A stretch of 33,806 bases of DNA, from the NCBI GenBank assembly GCA_046754465.1, contig JBHHVU010000033.1, positions 1 to 33,806 of the forward strand, read 5' to 3'. The notes below the pieces were generated by a model that saw only the letters and a list, made by a program, of their open reading frames with translations, had not been told where the DNA came from and searched no databases. Positions within the stretch are counted from its first letter, which is position 1, and each line of letters opens with the position of its first letter. The DNA comes from Nitrospinaceae bacterium (GTDB taxonomy: Bacteria; Nitrospinota; Nitrospinia; Nitrospinales; VA-1). This document shows positions 16,015 through 24,950 of this stretch, piece after piece. A program made the translations under genes and the position numbers.

Positions 16015-18291
16015 ATGGCGAAAATCTTCAAAATTTTTTTATCTTTCCTGGTCTTGCAGTTGGCATGGTTTCTTACCGTGCCCGCCCATGCCCAGGAGGG
16101 TGAAATCGTCCGGGCCATCAAAGTCCAGGGCAATAAACGGGTGGATAAATCGACCATCCTGTATTACATCAAGACCGAAATCGGCAAACCCCTCTCCCGC
16201 CTGCAAATCCAAAAAGACATCAAACAAATATACAACCTGGGTCAGTTCAAGGACATCCAGGTGAACACCAAAAAAGTGCCCGATGGCCTGGAAGTGATCT
16301 TCAACGTGGTCGAAATCGCCTCCGTAGGAGAGGTAAAAATTATCGGCAACAAAAAGGTGGATGAGGACGATATCAGCGAAAAGATCGAATTGAAACGGGG
16401 AGCTTCATTCCAGGAACACTTGGTTCAGCAAAGTCTCGATGCGATCAAAAAACTTTACCAGGAAAAAGGGTATTTTTTCGCCAAACTCAAAATTGATACC
16501 GAAGTCACGCCGAGCAACCTGGTCGATGTCGTCATCCGTATCCAGGAGGGGAAAAAAGTCAGCATCGAGAAAATCCGTTTCGTGGGCAACAAAACCTTCA
16601 AGGATAAAAAGCTCCGCAAGCAAATGGAAACCAAGGAGAAGACCCTTTTCTCCTGGCTGGACGATTCTGGAATTTATCAAAAAGACATCCTGAAATTGGA
16701 CCTGTTCCGGATCGAGGCCTTTTACCAGGATCACGGATTCATCCGGGTTACCGTCCTGGACCCCAAAATTGATGTCAACAAAAAGAATCAGGAGATATTC
16801 ATCACCATCCCGGTGGAGGAGGGACCCCGGTACCGGGTGGGGAAGATTGAATTCAAGGGAGACGCCACCTTCACCGAGGAAGAACTCCTGGCGGCCATGA
16901 AAACCAGAAAGGGCGCGTGGTACAACATGTCTGAAGTACGAGAAGACGTCCTGCGGATATCAGAACTCTATTCCAAACAGGGGTATGCCTACGCCGACAT
17001 CAACCCGCTCACCCTCATCCAAGACAAAACCCGGACAGTGGACCTGACCATGGAAATCGAAAAGGGCAAGAAGGTCTACGTCGGGGAAATCTCCATCCTG
17101 GGCAACATAAAAACCCGGGACAACGTGATTCGCCGCGAGTTTCGCCTGCAGGAGGGGGAGCTGTTCGACAGTGAAAAACTGAAGAGGAGCAAACAGAGGA
17201 TCAACAACCTGCAATATTTCGAGGACGTGAAAATCGATACCCGGCGCGGGAAAGAACCCGACCTGATCGATATCGTGACCACCCTGACGGAACGTCCCAC
17301 CGGGTCCATCCAGGTGGGCGCGGGATTCAGCTCGGTGGAAAACCTGGTCTTCTCCGGGTCGATTTCCCAGAACAATCTTTTTGGCCGGGGGCAGCGTCTG
17401 AATTTTTCCGCCAGCCTGTCTTCCCGGAGATCCAACTTCAATCTGGCTTTCACCGATCCCCGCATTTTCGACACGGAGATTCTCCTGGGGGTGGATCTGT
17501 TCAATCGGACATCGAACTTCTTCAGTTTTTCGTCAAGAACCCGGGGCGGCGGCGTCCGGCTCGGGAAATCTCTCACCGAATTCGACTGGGTAGGACTCAA
17601 TTACCGTTTTGAAGATGTGAAAGTGTCCGATGTCAACCCCGCCGTGACTACCTCTTTCCTCAAAAACGAAACCCGTATCACCAGCCGGATCGCTCCCAGC
17701 TATATCCGGGACACGCGGGATAATTTTTTAAATCCTTCAAAGGGGTGGAGGCATGTGGTACGATTTGAAGTCGCGGGCGGCGTGCTGGGGGGCACCGATT
17801 TTCTCCGCAGCGGTTATGAAGTGACTTATTATCGTCCGTTAATCGGCAAACTGGTTGCGGCCCTGCACTCGGAAATTAACTGGGCGGATGGTTATAATGG
17901 CGACAACCTCCCCGTATTTGAAAGATATTTCATGGGAGGCGCCAGCAACCTGAGAGGGTTCAACATTCGGGATGTCGGCCCCAAAGACGGAACCGGAAAC
18001 CCCATCGGCGGCAAGCAGTCCCTGCTTTTTAACGTTGAGATGCAATACCCGTTTACCAAGTCCCTGCGCGGATTCGTCTTTTACGACCGGGGCAACGTAT
18101 TCGGCGATGGAGCGGATATCAGCACCACCGCGGAAACCATCAGCCTGGGAAAAATGCGGTCCAGCATCGGTGTGGGAGCGCGATTCCTCAGCCCATTTGG
18201 ACCGGTCGGGTTCGCTTATGGAGTCAAACTGGACCAGGCCGAGGGAGAAAGTTTGGGAGAATTTCATTTCACCGCGGGAAGCGGGTTTTAA
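16015..18291 (+). CDS. bamA: Outer membrane protein assembly factor BamA
   Basis: Signal peptide (...PAHA|Q), POTRA repeats (IKVQGNKRV, GNKKV, GNKTF, GNIKTRDNVIRRE), LRGF motif and terminal Phe. ATG 16015 is preferred over TTG 15988. Confidence 0.95.
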   Translation: MAKIFKIFLSFLVLQLAWFLTVPAHAQEGEIVRAIKVQGNKRVDKSTILYYIKTEIGKPLSRLQIQKDIKQIYNLGQFKDIQVNTKKVPDGLEVIFNVVEIASVGEVKIIGNKKVDEDDISEKIELKRGASFQEHLVQQSLDAIKKLYQEKGYFFAKLKIDTEVTPSNLVDVVIRIQEGKKVSIEKIRFVGNKTFKDKKLRKQMETKEKTLFSWLDDSGIYQKDILKLDLFRIEAFYQDHGFIRVTVLDPKIDVNKKNQEIFITIPVEEGPRYRVGKIEFKGDATFTEEELLAAMKTRKGAWYNMSEVREDVLRISELYSKQGYAYADINPLTLIQDKTRTVDLTMEIEKGKKVYVGEISILGNIKTRDNVIRREFRLQEGELFDSEKLKRSKQRINNLQYFEDVKIDTRRGKEPDLIDIVTTLTERPTGSIQVGAGFSSVENLVFSGSISQNNLFGRGQRLNFSASLSSRRSNFNLAFTDPRIFDTEILLGVDLFNRTSNFFSFSSRTRGGGVRLGKSLTEFDWVGLNYRFEDVKVSDVNPAVTTSFLKNETRITSRIAPSYIRDTRDNFLNPSKGWRHVVRFEVAGGVLGGTDFLRSGYEVTYYRPLIGKLVAALHSEINWADGYNGDNLPVFERYFMGGASNLRGFNIRDVGPKDGTGNPIGGKQSLLFNVEMQYPFTKSLRGFVFYDRGNVFGDGADISTTAETISLGKMRSSIGVGARFLSPFGPVGFAYGVKLDQAEGESLGEFHFTAGSGF

Positions 18292-18335
18292 TCCGGAAAC
18301 CATTAATTCTATCTATCTCGAAGGGAGTCAGGTAC

Positions 18336-18878
18336 ATGCGGTTCAAATTTTTACGGTTGATAAAATTCGTGAGTCTGCTTTTTCTTTCCGCGGCATGGAT
18401 GGTGCCTTTGAATCCTTCCATTGCCGGGGCAGCAAGCAACAACATTGGTTTCATCGACATCCAAAAAGCTATCTCCAACACTAAGGAATGGAAAAGACAA
18501 TTCGCCGCTTTCAAGCTCCGTTATAAAAAAGAAAAGGTGGTTATTTCCGAAAGGGAAAAAAAAATTAAAAAAATGCTGGAGGATCTTAACAAACAAAGTT
18601 TCGTCCTGAATTCGGAGCTGAAAAAGAAAAAGGAAGACAAATTCAGGAAAGAAAAGCTGTCCTTTGAACGGTATGTGGAAGACAAAAACAACGAATTCGC
18701 CCAGAAAGAAAAAGAAATGACGCGGAATCTTCTGCGCCGGATGGTTGAGGTCATCAAAAAAATCGGCAAAGATAAAAAGTACACGCTGATCCTGGAACAT
18801 AAGGCGGCCATTTACCATGACAGCGGACACGATCTGACGGATCTGGCCATAAAAACTTATGACAAGCTCCATAAATAG
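18336..18878 (+). CDS. skp: OmpH/Skp periplasmic chaperone
   Basis: Signal peptide, IGFID motif, highly basic helical body and C-terminal DLTDxxIK; directly after bamA. Confidence 0.88.
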   Translation: MRFKFLRLIKFVSLLFLSAAWMVPLNPSIAGAASNNIGFIDIQKAISNTKEWKRQFAAFKLRYKKEKVVISEREKKIKKMLEDLNKQSFVLNSELKKKKEDKFRKEKLSFERYVEDKNNEFAQKEKEMTRNLLRRMVEVIKKIGKDKKYTLILEHKAAIYHDSGHDLTDLAIKTYDKLHK

Positions 18879-18967
18879 CCGGCCGCCGATCAATTTTCTG
18901 AACCATGGGATCCTTATTCCTCCTGGACGGGCGGGGAAAACATTTCCCCCTCTCCGCGCTGGAAAGC

Positions 18968-18996
18968 TTGAAGCCAGCCCCGGCTTGCAATAAAAT
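18968..18996 (+). promoter_or_regulatory. Putative sigma70 promoter for fabZ-lpxA-...-lpxB
   Basis: TTGAAG-N17-TAAAAT in the 198-bp skp-fabZ gap. Confidence 0.5.
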
Positions 18997-19076
18997 ACCG
19001 TGAACACGCGCCAACCCTTGGTTTTCTCGCGGAACCCATTGACCCGGTATCGTTCCCATTCCAACTGTCTCGTGCC

Positions 19077-19526
19077 ATGATGGATATAAATGAAATCAAA
19101 CGGATCATCCCACATCGTTATCCTTTTTTGCTGGTGGACCGCGTGACCGAGTGTGATAACGAATCGCGGATCGTGGGCATCAAAAACGTTACCACGAATG
19201 AACCCTTCTTCCAGGGTCATTTTCCGGATTATCCGGTCATGCCCGGGGTTTTGATTATCGAGGCGCTGGCTCAGGCGGCGTGTATTCTGGCTTTGAAAAT
19301 CCTTAAAAAGGAAGGTCATGCTTCGGTGTTTTTCACGGGAATAGACGGCGCCAAATTCCGCCGGCCCGTGTTGCCAGGGGATCAACTTCGTCTGGAGCTG
19401 AATAAGGTCCGGCAGCGGGGAACGTTCTTCCGTTTTGAAGCCCAGGCCTTCGTCGGCGATGCGTTGGCGGCGGAATGCACCCTGCAAGCGATGTTGGGCA
19501 AAGACAACAGTTCTTCGAAAAATTAA
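19077..19526 (+). CDS. fabZ: 3-hydroxyacyl-ACP dehydratase
   Basis: Motifs IPHRYPFLLVDRV, NEPFFQGHFP, MPGVLIIEALAQ and FRRPVLPGDQL. Confidence 0.96.
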   Translation: MMDINEIKRIIPHRYPFLLVDRVTECDNESRIVGIKNVTTNEPFFQGHFPDYPVMPGVLIIEALAQAACILALKILKKEGHASVFFTGIDGAKFRRPVLPGDQLRLELNKVRQRGTFFRFEAQAFVGDALAAECTLQAMLGKDNSSSKN

Positions 19527-19612
19527 CTTTCCGATCCGCTCCGTCCCTTCCTCCGGAGGGATTCAGCCCAAATCTCGAACTCCGGGGGCGCCGGCCATCA
19601 GGATTTTTTGAA

Positions 19613-20383
19613 GTGTCCGTCCATAAATACGCAGAAATTCATCCAGACGCCGATCTGGGCGAAAATATTTCCATCGGCCCCTTTGCCGTCATTGGCCCGA
19701 ACGTGCGGATCGGTGCCGGAACCGAGATCGGCCCCCATGTGGTGATCCGGTCCGGGACGATCATCGGCCCCCGCTGCCGGATATTTCATGGGGCCTCGAT
19801 TGGCGGGGACCCGCAAATGGTCCATTTTGAGGACACCCCTTCGGGGGTCGAAATTGGGGAGGAATGTGTCATTCGTGAGTTTGTCACCATCCACCGAAGC
19901 GCCCAGGAAAATGAAAACACCCGCATCGGGAAAAACGTCATGCTCATGGCCTATGCCCACATCGCCCATGACTGCGGGATCGGTGACCATGCCATTATTG
20001 TTAATGGAACCGGATTGTCCGGACATGTCATTGTGGAGGATTTTGCATTCATCTCCGGACAAGTGGGCGTGCATCAATTCGTCCGCATCGGCAGAAACGC
20101 CATGGTGGGTGGGGCTTCCGCCGTGAGCAAGGACATTCTTCCCTTTTCTCTGGTCGAGGGCGCCCCGGCACGGCTGGTCAGTATCAATTCCATCGGATTG
20201 CGCCGAAACCATTTTCCCCCGGGAGTGCGCGCGGCTCTTAAAAAGGCCTTGAAATTTCTCCTGGATCCCGACTTGAACACCACTCAGGCGGTCGATAAAA
20301 TGAAAGCTGAAATTGAAATGTTTGAGGAAATTCGATACCTTATTGAATTCATTAATAACTCCTCTCGAGGGATTACGAAATAA
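19613..20383 (+). CDS. lpxA: Acyl-ACP--UDP-GlcNAc (or UDP-GlcNAc3N) acyltransferase
   Basis: Hexapeptide repeats, IREFVTIHR, catalytic AHIAHDC, HQFVRIG and NSIGLRR. GTG 19613 has AGGA upstream; the ORF-track extension to 19475 overlaps fabZ. Confidence 0.93.
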   Translation: MSVHKYAEIHPDADLGENISIGPFAVIGPNVRIGAGTEIGPHVVIRSGTIIGPRCRIFHGASIGGDPQMVHFEDTPSGVEIGEECVIREFVTIHRSAQENENTRIGKNVMLMAYAHIAHDCGIGDHAIIVNGTGLSGHVIVEDFAFISGQVGVHQFVRIGRNAMVGGASAVSKDILPFSLVEGAPARLVSINSIGLRRNHFPPGVRAALKKALKFLLDPDLNTTQAVDKMKAEIEMFEEIRYLIEFINNSSRGITK

Positions 20384-21345
20384 TGGGGGTTATAAAAACA
20401 GGAGTCATCGGCGTCGGCAGGATGGGCGAATACCATGTGGGCGTTTTATCGGAATTGCCAGAAGTCAGCCTGGCCGGAGTTGTGGATATCAGGGATGACC
20501 GGGCCCAGCTTATCGCCGATAAATTCGGGTGTCCTTATTTTACCGATTACCGGGAAATATTCTCCAAAGTCGACGCCGTCGTCATTGCTGTTCCCACCTC
20601 CCTGCATTATCCCATCGCGCGCGAATTCCTGAACGCCGACATCCACGTCCTCCTGGAAAAACCCTGCACCAACAACCTGGATCAGGCGCGGGAACTGTTT
20701 GATATCGCCGCTGACAGAAAACTCACGCTGCACATCGGCCATATCGAGCGGTTCAATGGCGCGGTTGAGGAACTTCACAAGATCGTCACCGATCCCGTTT
20801 TCGTCGAGTGCCGGCGAATGAGTCCCTACAACGACCGAGTCAAGGACGATGGCGTCATACTGGATATCATGATTCACGACATCGATATCATCCTGAATCT
20901 TATTAAATCCCGGGTCGTTAAAACACAGGTCCTGGGAACCTCGGTGTTTTCCGGAAAAGACGACCTGGTCAACGCCCAACTCGAATTTCAAAACAAGTGC
21001 ATCGCCAATATCGTCGCCAGCCGCGCCTCGCAAAATAAGGTCCGGACCCTTTCCGTCACCCAGAGGGACTCCTTTGTCCTGTTGGATTATACGGACCAGG
21101 AAATCTACGTCCATCGTCAGTCATCCTCGGAACATCAACTGCAAAAAGGTTCCTTGCGTTACAAGCAGGAATCCCTGGTGGAAAGAATTTTCGTTCATAA
21201 GGAGAACCCCCTCAAGCTGGAACTCCAGCATTTCATCGATTGCGCCAAAAACGGGAGCCCCCGCAAGGTTTCCGTGGACGATGAAATTTATTCACTGGAA
21301 ATCGCCCTGGAAATCCTGAGCCAGTTCAACCAACAGGAACGTTAA
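20383..21345 (+). CDS. Gfo/Idh/MocA NAD-dependent oxidoreductase, probably GnnA-type UDP-GlcNAc 3-dehydrogenase
   Basis: GVIGVGRMG Rossmann motif, HVLLEKP, GHIERFN and DIMIHDID. Start overlaps the lpxA stop (TAATG). The family call is secure; GnnA specificity is inferred from context. Confidence 0.85.
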   Translation: MGVIKTGVIGVGRMGEYHVGVLSELPEVSLAGVVDIRDDRAQLIADKFGCPYFTDYREIFSKVDAVVIAVPTSLHYPIAREFLNADIHVLLEKPCTNNLDQARELFDIAADRKLTLHIGHIERFNGAVEELHKIVTDPVFVECRRMSPYNDRVKDDGVILDIMIHDIDIILNLIKSRVVKTQVLGTSVFSGKDDLVNAQLEFQNKCIANIVASRASQNKVRTLSVTQRDSFVLLDYTDQEIYVHRQSSSEHQLQKGSLRYKQESLVERIFVHKENPLKLELQHFIDCAKNGSPRKVSVDDEIYSLEIALEILSQFNQQER

Positions 21346-21353
21346 AAAGGTGC

Positions 21354-22220
21354 ATGAACCCCACAACCCCCTATCGCATCGGACTAATCGCCGGTTCCGG
21401 TGAAATCCCCCTCTACTTCGCCCGCAAGGCGTTCAAGAATGGCATTCCTTTGGTCTCGATCGGTTTCACCGATGAAATTCAATCCCGACTGGTTCCCTTC
21501 GCGGAAAAGACCTATTCCATAGGCGTGGGGAAACCGTCCAAAATCTTCCGTATTCTGAAAGAGGAAAAAATCCGCGATGTCCTCATTCTAGGCAAGGTGG
21601 ACAAGAACGTGATCTTCCGGCCGCAACTGTTTGATCTGCGCTCGCTGCGATTTCTGAAAAACATCAAGAGCAAGGAAGACCGGACGCTGATGGAGGGGGT
21701 GATCCGGGAAGTGGAAAAAGAAGGATTCCGGGTTCTGGACCAACGTCAATTCCTGCGGGAGATCTATCCCGATGCGGGGGTTCTGACGCGGCGCAAACCC
21801 TCACCCGAGGAAATGGAGGACATCGAGTTCGGGTTTCCCATCGCCAAGAAACTCGCGGATATGGAAATCGGGCAAACCATCATCGTGAAGAATAAAACCG
21901 TCGTGGCTGTGGAGGCGATTGAAGGGACCGACCGCGCCATCGACCGGGGTTGCGCCCTGGTCCAGGGCAAATGCGTGGCCATCAAGGTCAGCCGCACACA
22001 TCAGGATTACCGGTACGACAGCCCCGGCGTAGGACTCAAAACCCTGGAAGGGCTGACACGGGGAGGGGCCCGGGTCCTGGCCCTGGAAGCCGGCAGGGTC
22101 ATGCTGGTCGAACAGTCCCAGGTCCTGGAGATGGCCGACCGGGCGGGCGTGTCTATCGTTTGTGTGGCTTCCGACACCGCTTCACCAACCCCCCGGCCCC
22201 CTGGCGAACGGAAAAAGTGA
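21354..22220 (+). CDS. lpxI: UDP-2,3-diacylglucosamine diphosphatase LpxI
   Basis: Motifs IGLIAGSGEIP, EIGQTII, AVEAIEGTD, QDYRYDSPGVG and LALEAG; located in the lpx cluster. Confidence 0.92.
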   Translation: MNPTTPYRIGLIAGSGEIPLYFARKAFKNGIPLVSIGFTDEIQSRLVPFAEKTYSIGVGKPSKIFRILKEEKIRDVLILGKVDKNVIFRPQLFDLRSLRFLKNIKSKEDRTLMEGVIREVEKEGFRVLDQRQFLREIYPDAGVLTRRKPSPEEMEDIEFGFPIAKKLADMEIGQTIIVKNKTVVAVEAIEGTDRAIDRGCALVQGKCVAIKVSRTHQDYRYDSPGVGLKTLEGLTRGGARVLALEAGRVMLVEQSQVLEMADRAGVSIVCVASDTASPTPRPPGERKK

Positions 22221-23395
22221 TGCCTGACCCTTCGTTTAGATTCTTGATCGTGGCCGGGGAGGCTTCCGGGGACCTGCACGGCAGTAACCTGGTCCATTCC
22301 CTGAAACACATTTTCCCCGCCAGCCGGTTCCGGGGGATGGGCGGCAAAAAAATGCGCGGGGAGGGGGTGCATACTTTTTTCGGTATCGAGAGAATGGGCG
22401 CCGTGGGCGCGATCGAAATTCTGGGGGAACTCCCCCATTATCTGCGGGTGTACCGCAGGTTGTCCTCGGAAATAGCCTCCGGCGGATACGATGCCGCCAT
22501 CCTCATCGACTACCCGACCCTCAACCTTCGCCTGGCGGAGAAATGCCGGAAAGCAGGCTGCCCCGTCTTTTATTTTATCAGTCCCCAGATCTGGGCCTGG
22601 CGCGGGGGCCGGATCAAAAAAATTTCCCGGACTGTGGACCGCATGTTTGTCATCCTCCCCTTTGAGGAAGACTTGTACCGGGAAGCCGGAGTGGATGTCG
22701 AATTCCTGGGCCACCCCTTCGCCGATATGGTGCACCCGGCGCTGGAACGTGACCAGGCCCGCGGCGAATTGTTCGGCCTGGCGGCGGACCAGAAAGTCGT
22801 CGGCCTTCTTCCCGGAAGCAGAAAAAACGAGATCGAGCATCTCCTGGAAGTCATGGTGGACGCCGCCGGGAAAATAAGAAATGAATTGGCCGGCTGCCGG
22901 TTTGTCCTGCCCGTGGCCGACTCGATCGATCCCAATAATATCCGTACCCGGCTGGGGGACAATCCCCTGGAGATCCAGGTGGTGACCGGCCGGACCTATG
23001 ACGTGATGAATTGCTGCGATTTCCTGATCGTCGCCTCCGGTTCGGCAACCCTGGAGGCGGGAATCCTGGGCTGCCCCATGGTCATCGTCTACCGATTGAA
23101 CCCGCTGACCCACTGGCTCGCCCAGAGGATCGTGAACGCGGAAAACATCGGCCTGGTCAACATCGTCGCGGGGGAACGGGTGGTGCCGGAACTGGTCCAG
23201 AAAGCGGCGACGGCGGAAAACGTCGCGCGGGAATGCCTCGCGATCCTCAACCAGCCGGAACGCGAGAAGGCCGTGCGGTCGCGCCTTCTCAAGGTCCGCC
23301 AGTCACTGGGGAACCCCGGAGTGATGCGGCGGATCGCGCAAAGCATCGCGCAATACCTCAACGATCGAACGGGTCATGAAAAAGTTTCTTCTTGA
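22220..23395 (+). CDS. lpxB: Lipid-A-disaccharide synthase
   Basis: Motifs VAGEASGDLHG, IDYPTLN, SPQIWAWR, ILPFE, GHP, LLPGSRKNE and SGSATLE. ATG 22220 overlaps the lpxI stop (TGATG). Confidence 0.95.
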   Translation: MPDPSFRFLIVAGEASGDLHGSNLVHSLKHIFPASRFRGMGGKKMRGEGVHTFFGIERMGAVGAIEILGELPHYLRVYRRLSSEIASGGYDAAILIDYPTLNLRLAEKCRKAGCPVFYFISPQIWAWRGGRIKKISRTVDRMFVILPFEEDLYREAGVDVEFLGHPFADMVHPALERDQARGELFGLAADQKVVGLLPGSRKNEIEHLLEVMVDAAGKIRNELAGCRFVLPVADSIDPNNIRTRLGDNPLEIQVVTGRTYDVMNCCDFLIVASGSATLEAGILGCPMVIVYRLNPLTHWLAQRIVNAENIGLVNIVAGERVVPELVQKAATAENVARECLAILNQPEREKAVRSRLLKVRQSLGNPGVMRRIAQSIAQYLNDRTGHEKVSS

Positions 23396-24014
23396 TTTTA
23401 TCCTGCCCTATCTGGCTTTCGGAATTTTTTACCTGTGGTGTTTCACGATCCGGGTCCGCAACAAAAACCCCGGGGGAGAGAAATTCTTTTTCGATCTGCC
23501 GGGCCGGTATATCCTGACCCTGTGGCACGGGCGTATCTTTTACCTGTTTTACCATTTGCGGCGGCACCGGGATTTTCATCTTCTGATCAGCCCCAGTGAG
23601 GATGGAAATTTCCTGGCCCGTCTCGCCCACCTGATGGGCTATTCGGTCATTCGCGGATCGTCCTACAAAAAGGCGGTTCCCGCCACACGCTCCCTCATTC
23701 GGATACTAAAACGTGACGAGAGAATCATCCTCATCGCGGATGGCTCGCGGGGACCCCGGTGCAAGGCCCAGGCCGGGTCCATCCACCTGTCAAAAATCAC
23801 AGGCGCCCCGGTCATTCCCATGACGTTCGGCGCCAGCCGCCAATATGTTTTCAAGAGTTGGGACCGGTTCGTCCTCCCCCTCCCTTTCACTCAATGCACG
23901 TTGAATTTCGGGCATCCCATTCATGTCCCCCGGAAGGCGGATAAGAAAAGCCTCCTCGAAAAACAACGGGAGTTGGAGGAATCTCTCAACCGGATCACTG
24001 AGGCCTGCGATTAA
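23376..24014 (+). CDS. DUF374 / lysophospholipid acyltransferase family protein
   Basis: Motifs LWHGR, ISPSEDG, IRGSS, ADGSRGP and SWDRFVLPLPF. Overlaps the end of lpxB by 20 bp. Confidence 0.85.
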   Translation: MKKFLLDFILPYLAFGIFYLWCFTIRVRNKNPGGEKFFFDLPGRYILTLWHGRIFYLFYHLRRHRDFHLLISPSEDGNFLARLAHLMGYSVIRGSSYKKAVPATRSLIRILKRDERIILIADGSRGPRCKAQAGSIHLSKITGAPVIPMTFGASRQYVFKSWDRFVLPLPFTQCTLNFGHPIHVPRKADKKSLLEKQRELEESLNRITEACD

Positions 24015-24029
24015 TCCGGAAGATTAAAA

Positions 24030-24078
24030 CGCCTTATTTTTTATCAATTTTTTCTCAACAATGTTCAAAAAGCGGGCA
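24030..24078. promoter_or_regulatory. Pair of NtrC-like 17-bp boxes
   Basis: CGCCTTATTTTTTATCA (24030-24046, weak) and TGTTCAAAAAGCGGGCA (24062-24078) resemble TGCAC-N7-GTGCA with an A/T core, and lie 32 bp apart. Confidence 0.45.
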
Positions 24079-24089
24079 ATTCTTCTAAT

Positions 24090-24118
24090 TTGAAAATGTC
24101 CCGCCAGTGTGCTATAGT
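24090..24118 (+). promoter_or_regulatory. Putative sigma70 promoter (p1) of glnB
   Basis: TTGAAA-N17-TATAGT with an extended -10 TG (TGCTATAGT). Confidence 0.6.
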
Positions 24119-24192
24119 TCGGTCGGCTCCTAAATCCTTTAAAAATTAAATTTTTAGACGAACTTTTGCTTCCCGACAGAATGACTGGGCAT

Positions 24193-24208
24193 TGGCATGA
24201 TTATTGAA
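24193..24208 (+). promoter_or_regulatory. Putative sigma54 (-24/-12) promoter (p2) of glnB
   Basis: TGGCATGATTATTGAA compared with the consensus TGGCACG-N4-TTGCW. The GG-N10 spacing is correct, but the -12 element reads GA instead of GC. Confidence 0.6.
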
Positions 24209-24399
24209 TTATTTAGCCAATAAAGTAGTTTGAAGGGCTTACGTTTATTTTTTTAACCGCCGGAAACAAGGGATTCCCAAGGGGGGTCCCGGGGCTCCAA
24301 GCGAGGCTTCGCGAAAGCAAAATCAACCTCGGAGGCCTGTGCGGATTTAAAAAAAGATGTGAAAATGTTGGGGAGAGAGCCTAACCCCGGATCGATTAA

Positions 24400-24774
<375 letters not shown>

Positions 24775-24862
24775 TCCGGCCTGGGTGGCCTGCCTGAAAA
24801 AAGTTCAATATCCTCCTTTATAATCCTGAATCGTTTTCAATGAATTGAAATGAATTGAGTTG

Positions 24863-24894
24863 AACTTGCCGCCGCGGCGGCAAGTTTAATTTTT
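24863..24894 (+). terminator. Perfect 24-bp palindrome followed by TAATTTTT between glnB and glnA (terminator, attenuator or processing stem)
   Basis: AACTTGCCGCCGCGGCGGCAAGTT (24863-24886) equals its own reverse complement. Confidence 0.55.
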
Positions 24895-24950
24895 GGTATT
24901 GAACTGCGTCCCGCCACGATTGTTTAACCCATTATATAAAGGAGTTTTCG

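Noticed and set aside
18351..19487. 378-aa minus-strand ORF across skp-fabZ, considered as a hidden lpxD replacement
   Set aside because: It has no hexapeptide repeats and lies antisense to two well-supported genes.
21950..22219. 90-aa N-terminal extension of lpxB in the ORF track (similar extensions at 913, 15988, 19475 and 26475)
   Set aside because: These extensions overlap upstream genes or precede the family's normal N-terminus; the downstream starts match family motifs and stop/start coupling.
24894..24908. TGGTATTGAACTGCG as a sigma54 promoter for glnA
   Set aside because: The GG-to-GC spacing is 9 nt; sigma54 requires 10.
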